NCBI GenBank assembly: GCA_905182245.1
Contig: CAJJAS010000089.1
Coordinates: 1-55,046, forward strand
DNA length: 55,046 nucleotides
Source of the DNA: a gamma proteobacterium HTCC2207
GTDB taxonomy: Bacteria; Pseudomonadota; Gammaproteobacteria; Pseudomonadales; Porticoccaceae
Reading direction: 5' to 3'
The position numbers and the translations under genes are program-made. Positions within the stretch are counted from its first letter, which is position 1. Each line of letters starts with the position of its first letter. Positions 17,487 to 25,500 of the stretch are shown here, in pieces. Under the pieces are notes generated by a model. The model worked only from the letters and a program-made list of their open reading frames with translations, was not told where the DNA came from and made no database searches.

Positions 17487-19592
17487 ATGGCTACTGCAAC
17501 ACTGTCGAACATACGACAGAACCTGTCAAAAATCGAACTCTCCGGGCTGGGTATTCCATTCCTGGTGCTGTTGATTATTTCGATGTTGATTCTGCCACTT
17601 CCCGCTTTTTTGCTGGATTTTCTGTTCACCTTTAATATTGTGGTTGGCCTGGTGATCATTATGATCGCCATTAATAGCTCTAAACCCTTAGATTTCTCTT
17701 CTTTCCCAGCGATTTTGCTGATTGCCACCATGCTCCGCCTAGGTCTCAACGTAGCCTCTACCCGACTGGTACTGGTTAAGGGCCATGAAGGTCCTGATGC
17801 GGCCGGTAAAGTTATTGAGGCATTCGGTGAGTTTGTTATTGCCGGCAACTATCTGGTTGGTTTCATTATCTTTGCGATTCTGATGATTATTAACTTTATC
17901 GTTGTTACCAAGGGTGCTGGCCGAGTGTCTGAGGTTATTGCGCGCTTCACTCTAGACGCGATGCCCGGCAAACAGATGGCGATTGATGCCGACTTGAATG
18001 CTGGTGTTATCGATCAGGAAACGGCTAAAAGACGCCGTGAAGAAATATCTCAGGAATCTGACTTCTTTGGTTCTATGGATGGTGCCTCAAAATTTGTACG
18101 CGGCGATGCGATTGCCGGCTTACTTATTCTAATTATTAATATTCTTGGCGGCCTACTTATTGGTATAGGCCAGCATGACCTAAGCTTTTCTGAAGCCGGC
18201 CGCATCTATGTACTACTAACCATTGGTGATGGTCTGGTCGCCCAGATCCCTTCATTGTTGCTGTCTCTAGCGACCGCAATTATCGTGACTCGCGTAACCA
18301 CCTCGCAATCGATGACTGAGCAGGCTAAGTCCCAGCTCGGCAATCCAATGGCGCTGATTATTGCTGGCGTTATCCTGATTCTACTGGGCCTAGTGCCGGG
18401 CATGCCTCATCTAGTGTTTTTGGGCTTGGGCGCCGCGTCTGTGGGACTAGGTGTCAAGATATCTACAGATTCTGACCGGCAGATCGTGCAAGAGGACAAC
18501 GCTATAGCAGCCAATGCTCAAGACGATGCGAGCAAAGAAGAACTTAACTGGGACGATGTGGATCAGGTTGATCTGGTCGGCCTGGATATTGGTTACGGAT
18601 TGATTCCCCTAGTAAACCCTGAAACCGGAGGCCAGTTACTGCCCCGTGTTAAAGGCGTGCGTAAAAAGCTCTCCGCAGAGCTGGGCTTCTTAATTCAACC
18701 TATCCGTATTCGTGACAATCTTGATCTGGCCCCCGATGTTTACCATATTGTGATGAACGGCGTGGTTCGCGGAAAAGGCGAAATTAAAGTAGGCCGCGAG
18801 ATGGCCATTAATCCCGGTCATGTTCACGGCACACTTGAAGGAACACCGACCAAGGAACCTGCATTTGGTTTAGACGCTATCTGGATTGAGCCTTCTCAGC
18901 GCGACTATGCTCGTACACTGGGCTATACGGTGGTTGATTCGGCTACGGCGATTGCCACCCATCTAAACACCCTGCTGCGCAGCAATGCCTCAGAGCTGTT
19001 AAGCCATGATGAAACCCAGCAGCTTCTAGACAAAGTCGCTGGTCGCTCACCCAAGCTGGTTGAAGATTTGGTGCCAGGTAAATTACCGCTGGCAACCATT
19101 ACTAAAGTATTACAAAACATTCTCGACGAGTCAGTTTCGGTACGCGATATGCGCACCATTATTGAGGTGCTATCAACAGAGAGCGCCCGCACTCTGGATG
19201 CCGATGAACTGACTGCCGCAGTGCGGCCACGACTGGGACGCATGATTGTCCAGGGCCTGGTCGATATTAACGATAGTCTTCCGGTTATCACGCTTAATCC
19301 TTCTTTGGAGCAGGTGCTACACAATGTGTTGCAGCAGAGCAGTGGTAATCAGGGTTTAGTTATAGAGCCCAAACTTGCAGAGGGCCTGTTTAAAGCCCTC
19401 GCAGAAAATACTGAAGCTGTTGAAAATCAGGGCCACCCCGCTGTATTGGTTGTGTCCCCTGGCATTCGTCCCTGGCTTGCAAAAATTATTCGACACCGAT
19501 TAAGTGACCTGACTGTGCTGTCCTACAGCGAGATTCCAGATGATCAGGCCGTTAAAGTTGTCGCGACAGTTGATGTCGAAGAAACCAATTAA
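17487..19592 (+). CDS. flhA: Flagellar export gate protein
   Basis: LRLGLNVASTR, KVIEAFG, VVTKGAGRVSEVIARFTLDAMPGKQMAIDADL, FFGSMDGASKFVRGDA; 701 aa. Confidence 0.99.
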   Translation: MATATLSNIRQNLSKIELSGLGIPFLVLLIISMLILPLPAFLLDFLFTFNIVVGLVIIMIAINSSKPLDFSSFPAILLIATMLRLGLNVASTRLVLVKGHEGPDAAGKVIEAFGEFVIAGNYLVGFIIFAILMIINFIVVTKGAGRVSEVIARFTLDAMPGKQMAIDADLNAGVIDQETAKRRREEISQESDFFGSMDGASKFVRGDAIAGLLILIINILGGLLIGIGQHDLSFSEAGRIYVLLTIGDGLVAQIPSLLLSLATAIIVTRVTTSQSMTEQAKSQLGNPMALIIAGVILILLGLVPGMPHLVFLGLGAASVGLGVKISTDSDRQIVQEDNAIAANAQDDASKEELNWDDVDQVDLVGLDIGYGLIPLVNPETGGQLLPRVKGVRKKLSAELGFLIQPIRIRDNLDLAPDVYHIVMNGVVRGKGEIKVGREMAINPGHVHGTLEGTPTKEPAFGLDAIWIEPSQRDYARTLGYTVVDSATAIATHLNTLLRSNASELLSHDETQQLLDKVAGRSPKLVEDLVPGKLPLATITKVLQNILDESVSVRDMRTIIEVLSTESARTLDADELTAAVRPRLGRMIVQGLVDINDSLPVITLNPSLEQVLHNVLQQSSGNQGLVIEPKLAEGLFKALAENTEAVENQGHPAVLVVSPGIRPWLAKIIRHRLSDLTVLSYSEIPDDQAVKVVATVDVEETN

Positions 19593-19609
19593 TCCGAGGA
19601 AAGAAAGAG

Positions 19610-20911
19610 ATGGAACTACAAAGAGTACTGGCAGAAGACACGCGACGAGCGATGGAGAAAGTTATCCATCTCTATGGCGAAGATGCGCTGGTGGTTTCCA
19701 ATAAGCGGGCCAAGGATCAGACTGAAATTATTGTTGCCATTGATCTTGCCCCGGACACCCAAAAGACCCTCAATGAAATGCAGGCGCCCGCCCTTCAGGA
19801 GCCTCGCGCTTCTCTGGGTGAGATGCCTAATTTCTCCGACGTCATGGAGACTGAGGTCTTTAAAACGGTACCCGCTATTGCTCATGACCCGGTACAAAAC
19901 AAGTCTTTGGATCTGGATGCTGACCTAGACTCGGGCCTGATCGAAGAGTTTATGCATGAGCTTAAAGAGACTGTCGTCAAAGAAGGTCTGGCTAAAGAAG
20001 CCTTGCCCACAGACGAATTTAGCTCTGCAAACGAGGACCGAGAGAGCCTAAAGGCACGGGAAATCGTTGATATGGTGCGCCAGGAACTGGCCGCTATGCG
20101 CAATGAGTTCAAGATGTCCCAGCAACTGGAAGCTTGGAGTGGCACCCAGTCAGTCACCGACGAGATGCGCCCATTAATTGAAGCCTTTAATGAAACCGGC
20201 ATGCCCGTTGGCCTGAGAGCCTTGGTCACCGACGTGGTTAATCAGCATACTGATATGACCGCGGCACTGTCCGATATCGCCGATATGCTCGGCGCAGCAA
20301 TCAAACATACCAATGTTCTGGAAAATATTCAGGGCATCCACCTTATTGCCGGCAGCTCTGGCGCAGGTAAGACCCTTATGGCAGGGCGCCTAGCCAAATA
20401 TGCGACCCTTAATTATGGCGATCAGGACGTGGCTATTATCAGCTACAACGATATTCGCTTTGGCGCCTGGAGCCAAACTCAGCTTATCGGTTCTCAGGCT
20501 GGCGTAGAAACCTTTAGAGCCAGTAGTCCTGAGATGCTTGAGAGCCTGCTCCAGGAACTGGATTCGCGGAAACTTATCATTATAGATACCCCCGGCGTGG
20601 ATGTTTTAAGCCACATGAACGCATTAACCCAATTACTCCCCAATGCCCATAAGCACCTAGTACTCGCGGCTGACGCCTCAGAGGGCTCGGTCAAACGGCA
20701 TCTAAAGTCGGCTGAAATGAGCTGGGACTCGGTAATGCTGTCACGGCTTGAGCCTGATGTTTACCCCTGGGCTGTTATTAATACTCTATTGAATGCAGAC
20801 ACCCCAATTTCACTGGGTGCTGCAGAGCCATCAATCATTGATATGGCTCCCCTAACCGGCCACAGCCTCGCCCAACAGGCGCTAAGCCATTTGCCCATTA
20901 GTTTTGTTTGA
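19610..20911 (+). CDS. flhF: SRP-family GTPase FlhF, divergent
   Basis: Between flhA and flhG; N-terminal AMEKVIHLYGEDALVVSNK; P-loop GSSGAGKT; IIIDTPG. Confidence 0.88.
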   Translation: MELQRVLAEDTRRAMEKVIHLYGEDALVVSNKRAKDQTEIIVAIDLAPDTQKTLNEMQAPALQEPRASLGEMPNFSDVMETEVFKTVPAIAHDPVQNKSLDLDADLDSGLIEEFMHELKETVVKEGLAKEALPTDEFSSANEDRESLKAREIVDMVRQELAAMRNEFKMSQQLEAWSGTQSVTDEMRPLIEAFNETGMPVGLRALVTDVVNQHTDMTAALSDIADMLGAAIKHTNVLENIQGIHLIAGSSGAGKTLMAGRLAKYATLNYGDQDVAIISYNDIRFGAWSQTQLIGSQAGVETFRASSPEMLESLLQELDSRKLIIIDTPGVDVLSHMNALTQLLPNAHKHLVLAADASEGSVKRHLKSAEMSWDSVMLSRLEPDVYPWAVINTLLNADTPISLGAAEPSIIDMAPLTGHSLAQQALSHLPISFV

Positions 20912-21124
20912 CTAGCTTGAGACGATAAACGAAAATGATTAACAATAGACAGATACACCACATAATAAGTCGTGCAAGGAAGCTCGTTGAGGCTTTGCTT
21001 GATTCGACATCTTTTTTACATCTAGATGCAAAACAAGATCCCGGCTGGGCCTCTCACCAATATTCTATTGATAATGGGGCGCTGCGTAATACCCAGGTCT
21101 CAAGAATGCTTATAGGGTTTAAAA

Positions 21125-21952
21125 ATGCTTAACAAAAGACCTACTCAAATTATTGGTATCGCCAGCGGTAAAGGCGGCGTCGGAAAAACAACTGTTTCGG
21201 TAAATCTTGCGGTTATGCTCGCGTCGCTGGGCAAAAAAGTGATGATTTTCGATGCCGACCTGGGCCTGGCCAATGCGCAATTAGCCCTGGGCTGCCGTAC
21301 ACCGTTCAATTTTAGCCATGTTCTGTCAGGTGAGAAAACCCTCGATGAGATTATTGTTGAAGGCCCTAGCGGCGTAAAGCTCGTGCCTGGTGCTAGTGGC
21401 ATGCAGCATATGGCGTCGTTAAATGAGGCAGAAACTGCCGGCATTATTCAGTCGTTCTCCGATGTAGACGAAGACCTAGACTACTTTATTGTTGATCTGG
21501 CAGCGGGACTGTCTGACACCGTCATGACTTTTATGCGCGCCTGTCAGCATCGTTTTATCGTACTGAAAAACGAGCCCTCTTCCATCGCCGATGCCTATGG
21601 CACCATTAAAGTGATGATTCAGGAGCATCAGCTAGACAATATTAGTCTAATCCCGAATGGCGTAGCCTCACAGAATGAAGGCGAGCGACTCTACGGCAGT
21701 ATTAATTCGGTGATTCAAAACTTTCTTGGCAGTCGAGTAGACTACCTACATTCCATTACTCAGGATGAGATGGTACTTAGGTCTATAAAGGCCGGACAAC
21801 CTCTGGTTTCTTTTGCCCCCTCTAGCATCGCCAGTCGCGACTTTAGAGCCTTGGCCAAAGTAGTCACCAGTCTCGAATCTGATATCCCTATGAACGGTGG
21901 CTTACAGTTCTTCGTTGAACGACTTGCCATGCAGCAACAGAGCATTGCGTAG
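21125..21952 (+). CDS. flhG: MinD-like flagellar number regulator FlhG/FleN
   Basis: IASGKGGVGKTTVSVNLA, DADLGLAN, EPSSIADAYGTIK, GGLQFFVERL. Confidence 0.95.
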   Translation: MLNKRPTQIIGIASGKGGVGKTTVSVNLAVMLASLGKKVMIFDADLGLANAQLALGCRTPFNFSHVLSGEKTLDEIIVEGPSGVKLVPGASGMQHMASLNEAETAGIIQSFSDVDEDLDYFIVDLAAGLSDTVMTFMRACQHRFIVLKNEPSSIADAYGTIKVMIQEHQLDNISLIPNGVASQNEGERLYGSINSVIQNFLGSRVDYLHSITQDEMVLRSIKAGQPLVSFAPSSIASRDFRALAKVVTSLESDIPMNGGLQFFVERLAMQQQSIA

Positions 21953-21960
21953 GACTTCCC

Positions 21961-22680
21961 ATGGCTGATTTACGAGTATATGAAGAAATTCAAAATGCTG
22001 ATCAGTCCGGCAACGAACTGCTGGCCCATATTGGGTTGGTGAAACGCGTTGCTTTGCATCTCAAGGGACGGCTACCCAATTTTATGGAGCTGGATGAGTT
22101 AATTCAGGTCGGTATGATTGGTCTCATTGAAGCTAAGAGTTCTTTTGATGCCACCAAAGGTGTCGACTTTGAAGTCTTTGCCAAGAACCGAGTTCGTGGC
22201 GCTATTCTTGACCAGGTGCGCAAGATGTCGTATCTGCCACGTTCAGCGATAGTTAATATTCGCGATCACAACCAAGCCAGTGCTGTGCTTAGTGGCGAGC
22301 TGGGTCGCGAAGCCTCACAGACAGAACTAGCCGAATTTATGGGCAAAGACGTGGATAGCTTTCAAAAGGAACGCACCCACGCCCACCGCTTTCAGACTGT
22401 GTCTTTAGAATCGCAGCTACCCGATACTGTGGATATGCCCGGCAGTGCGAATAATGAGCCCGAAGCCAATATGGCTGGAGAGCAATTTATGGATTCGCTG
22501 ATGTCGTCCATTGATAGTCTTCCAGAGCGTGATCGTACTGTGATCTCACTCTACTACGTCGAAGAAATGAATTTAAAAGAGATAGGAGCCGTACTAGAAG
22601 TCAGCGAATCTCGAGTGAGCCAAATTTTATCGAGCAGCATAAAGAAATTGCGTCAAAACCTAGAGATAGGGGAGGATTAA
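21961..22680 (+). CDS. fliA: Flagellar sigma28 factor
   Basis: LVKRVALHLKGRLP, DELIQVGMIGLIEA, RVRGAILD, LYYVEEMNLKEIGAVLEVSESRVSQI. Confidence 0.96.
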   Translation: MADLRVYEEIQNADQSGNELLAHIGLVKRVALHLKGRLPNFMELDELIQVGMIGLIEAKSSFDATKGVDFEVFAKNRVRGAILDQVRKMSYLPRSAIVNIRDHNQASAVLSGELGREASQTELAEFMGKDVDSFQKERTHAHRFQTVSLESQLPDTVDMPGSANNEPEANMAGEQFMDSLMSSIDSLPERDRTVISLYYVEEMNLKEIGAVLEVSESRVSQILSSSIKKLRQNLEIGED

Positions 22681-22683
22681 ATA

Positions 22684-23238
22684 ATGGCCCTTTCTATTTT
22701 TAAAAACAGAGGCATAAAAGCTGCCCAGCAACTAGCCAAAGCAGACTACATTAAGGTTGCATCGCTGCCTGAAGAAGATCGCGGCGCACGCGCCATAAGA
22801 CTGCGTATGGCAAACCGCTGCAAAGCGAATCTGGATAAAGCATTTGTTGAGGGTGCCCAAAGAACCGCCCTTTTCCAAAAACAATCTGTTGCCGCCCTAA
22901 CGAAGGGATCAGAAAAGCCAGTTGCACCTGTCGCCAATTCCTATCAAAGAGTCAAGACAGTCGCTGGTGAAATTTATACCTACCTACCAGAAGAATTTGC
23001 AGAAGAAATATTTCGTCTAGGTGCGATGTACCAAACCCTACAGATCGATATTGCCAAAGCAATTACTCTGGGCCAAGAGATTGCTGCGCGAGTAAGTTAC
23101 GATTTAGGCTTAGATGATCCCTTTGTAGCCCTGCAGTTTTTGCGGGACGAGGTAGAAGCAGAGGTAATCGATAAATCTGAACCAGAAGATAACGAAAATG
23201 ATCTCAAGGATGACGATAACGTTCAGGACGAAATTTAA
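22684..23238 (+). CDS. Hypothetical protein, apparent distant paralogue of 23268-23906
   Basis: 184 aa ORF starting 3 bp after the fliA stop; acidic tail; shares spaced motifs with the next gene. Confidence 0.8.
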   Translation: MALSIFKNRGIKAAQQLAKADYIKVASLPEEDRGARAIRLRMANRCKANLDKAFVEGAQRTALFQKQSVAALTKGSEKPVAPVANSYQRVKTVAGEIYTYLPEEFAEEIFRLGAMYQTLQIDIAKAITLGQEIAARVSYDLGLDDPFVALQFLRDEVEAEVIDKSEPEDNENDLKDDDNVQDEI

Positions 23239-23267
23239 TGTCTGACTCTGATAAACGGCTGTAACCT

Positions 23268-23906
23268 ATGACGTCAATTATTCTACTTGCGATCTTTTTC
23301 GGCACTGCCGCTACTATTATTCTTATCATTTATCTTATTGATCGCATTGCTCAGCTTGAAAATTTAACCCTAAGCGTGCAATCCGCTGCGACACAGAAGC
23401 AGGTTGAAGCTGCTCCTCAGCATACATTTTTAGGTCATGAGGGCAAAGCGCTATGGGATGTGATGTCTGGCAATTCGCCCGAAAACTTTAATGACAATGA
23501 TCTAATCGCACTAAAGCCACGCTATGAACTACTGTTGAAAAAACATATTGAGAAACTGTTTGCCGACGGCGTCAAGGATGGTAAGCAGAGCGGTACGGCC
23601 AAAAAACCCAAGGTGCCGATTGATATCACCACATTACGTGGTACGTTCAGCTCTTGGATTCCACAGCCAACAGCGGCAACCATTTACAACGCAGGTTTTG
23701 TGAGCGTGACTGCCACCGAAGAAGAAAGGATTGCCCTGCGGGCCAATCTCGACAACTCTGCCGGAATGCTTTATTCGCGTACCGACCTTGAGTTGCAGGA
23801 GCCTTTTTCAGAGGTATTGATGCCTACCCCTCCTGGCGCTGAAGCGCCGCTACTGGCAGACCCGGCTAATACCGACCAGACGTTAGAAGACGACTTATTG
23901 GGCTAG
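23268..23906 (+). CDS. Hypothetical protein with an N-terminal membrane anchor
   Basis: 212 aa; hydrophobic residues 4-25 (IILLAIFFGTAATIILIIYLI); same strand as, and close to, the fliA operon. Confidence 0.8.
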   Translation: MTSIILLAIFFGTAATIILIIYLIDRIAQLENLTLSVQSAATQKQVEAAPQHTFLGHEGKALWDVMSGNSPENFNDNDLIALKPRYELLLKKHIEKLFADGVKDGKQSGTAKKPKVPIDITTLRGTFSSWIPQPTAATIYNAGFVSVTATEEERIALRANLDNSAGMLYSRTDLELQEPFSEVLMPTPPGAEAPLLADPANTDQTLEDDLLG

Positions 23907-23974
23907 TGCGCTTTATGGGCTGTTGCACCTTATGGGCTGTAGCACTTTATTGGGCCACGCACTTTAGGGCCAAC
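23891..23974 (+). repeat. Five degenerate tandem copies of a ~17-bp unit (consensus GCACTTTATGGGCTGT)
   Basis: cgacttattgggctagt / gcgctttatgggctgtt / gcaccttatgggctgta / gcactttattgggccac / gcactttagggccaac; no spacers between units. Confidence 0.8.
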
Positions 23975-24043
23975 TTGAATATCGACCTAGCTGTCTACTT
24001 TATAAACTATTGCGGAGCCTACTGAATAATTGAGCGTCCGGCG

Positions 24044-25081
24044 CTAACGGCTAACGAAAGGATAGACAACAATCGAGGGGTCTACCTTTTCTTCAGGCTG
24101 TTGCCCGGCGACTTGTAAGGCCTGTAAATCTACCTGCCGCTGTAAAAGCTCAAGATAGTCTTCGCGCTCTAGCGTGATTAACGCTTCAACATCAGCATTC
24201 AGCTTTGCAACATTGTTCATACGCCCATCAAACGATTTTATCTGCGTCGCCAATTTTTTTACTGAACCAGAGACCACAGCAACCTGTTTTCCCTGAGCGA
24301 CCAAAGCAACGTTAAGCTTATCTACCTGGGCCAACATTTTGTCGGTTTCAGCGCTCACACTTTTGGCGGTCGCTTCTGGTACCCGCTGATTTAGGTCAAC
24401 AGTACTTTTCTCTGCTCGGGTAACCGCTTCGGCAAGTAGCATTTGATTACTGGCAAATTGTGCCTGCTTAGTCGCCAACTGATTGATCGAAAAATTTAAC
24501 TGCTCAAAGGTTGCCAAAGCAGAATTCATTTTTACCACGCGCTTACTCAGAGCCACCATCATATTGTCGACCTGATTAACCCGCGCTGAAAGTTCCACCG
24601 ACATAAATCCAATAAGGCCTACGGCAACCAGTAACGAAACCACTGCACCCAGTAGAATACGAGTTGACGTCACGGCACCCTTAGCACTGGCAGCGACTAA
24701 TTCATTAACTCTTTTTTGTAGATGATCGAGACCATTCTCAAGGGCCGATGAGGCGCGTCGACTAACATCTGCAGCACTGTTGGTGGCGTCGGCAGTGTCG
24801 AGTACCCCGGGCAGTAAAACCTCGAGACGGCCCGAGATTTCTTGGGCGTTCTTAAGTACCTGAGAAAAGCGCTGATAATCGCCCGGGTCTACTTTCGGAT
24901 CCTGGTCATCATTTTCAGACGTCTCTTCGAAGGCTTCTATAGACTCTGCAATAAGGGCAGAATCTGAATCAGCCAACGCCGTTTCGGTCAGTGCTTGGTC
25001 AGCCATTGACTCCGCCGTTTCGGGAGTTTCAGAAACCTCGGAATTTTCAGTATTTTTAATATCGTCTTCAGGATTGCTCAT
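24044..25081 (-). CDS. Hypothetical single-pass membrane protein with coiled coils
   Basis: 345 aa; acidic N-terminus, one hydrophobic span (ILLGAVVSLLVAVGLIGFMSV), heptad-rich helical segments on both sides. Confidence 0.8.
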   Translation of the reverse strand: MSNPEDDIKNTENSEVSETPETAESMADQALTETALADSDSALIAESIEAFEETSENDDQDPKVDPGDYQRFSQVLKNAQEISGRLEVLLPGVLDTADATNSAADVSRRASSALENGLDHLQKRVNELVAASAKGAVTSTRILLGAVVSLLVAVGLIGFMSVELSARVNQVDNMMVALSKRVVKMNSALATFEQLNFSINQLATKQAQFASNQMLLAEAVTRAEKSTVDLNQRVPEATAKSVSAETDKMLAQVDKLNVALVAQGKQVAVVSGSVKKLATQIKSFDGRMNNVAKLNADVEALITLEREDYLELLQRQVDLQALQVAGQQPEEKVDPSIVVYPFVSR

Positions 25082-25120
25082 AGGAATTCCGGACTGGTTA
25101 CAGGTCTCTATTTTAAATAA

Positions 25121-25474
25121 TTATGATGACTGCTTAAGCCCATCTAGTTGTTTAGAAACATCGGCAGAAACCTGGTTAACTTTAGCAATGCGCTGGCTTA
25201 ATAAATCGTCAAAAAGCGCTCTGTCCGCACTGATAGCCGTATCATCAAGGGCGCTTAAAATAGTCGAAATCTGATCATCAGATTCAAGAATGACTTCTGG
25301 ACTCTCACTCGCACTGGACCTAGCACTTGAACTGGCCATGACGTTTTCGAGCCCAGGGCTAAAACCCCCGTCAAAGCTCTCCTTTGGCTGGGCAACTGGG
25401 CCCTCACCAATCTGACCCAATTTCCCTCGGGTACCATCAAGCGTAAATAACTGCTCTTCTTCTTTATCAGACAT
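25121..25474 (-). CDS. Hypothetical protein
   Basis: 117 aa; GAAAGGGG RBS-like sequence upstream; low-complexity middle and helical C-terminus; same strand as its neighbours. Confidence 0.7.
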   Translation of the reverse strand: MSDKEEEQLFTLDGTRGKLGQIGEGPVAQPKESFDGGFSPGLENVMASSSARSSASESPEVILESDDQISTILSALDDTAISADRALFDDLLSQRIAKVNQVSADVSKQLDGLKQSS

Positions 25475-25500
25475 TCGCTACCCCTTTCTATTAACAATAT

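Noticed and set aside
20935-21132. 65-aa ORF between flhF and flhG, plus an antisense GG-N10-GC near 21028-21043
   Set aside because: No RBS or recognisable motif for the ORF, and the -24 element (GGGATC) is a poor match pointing away from any gene start.
23891-23974. Possible CRISPR array
   Set aside because: Units are ~17 bp, degenerate and directly adjacent, with no spacers and no cas genes nearby.
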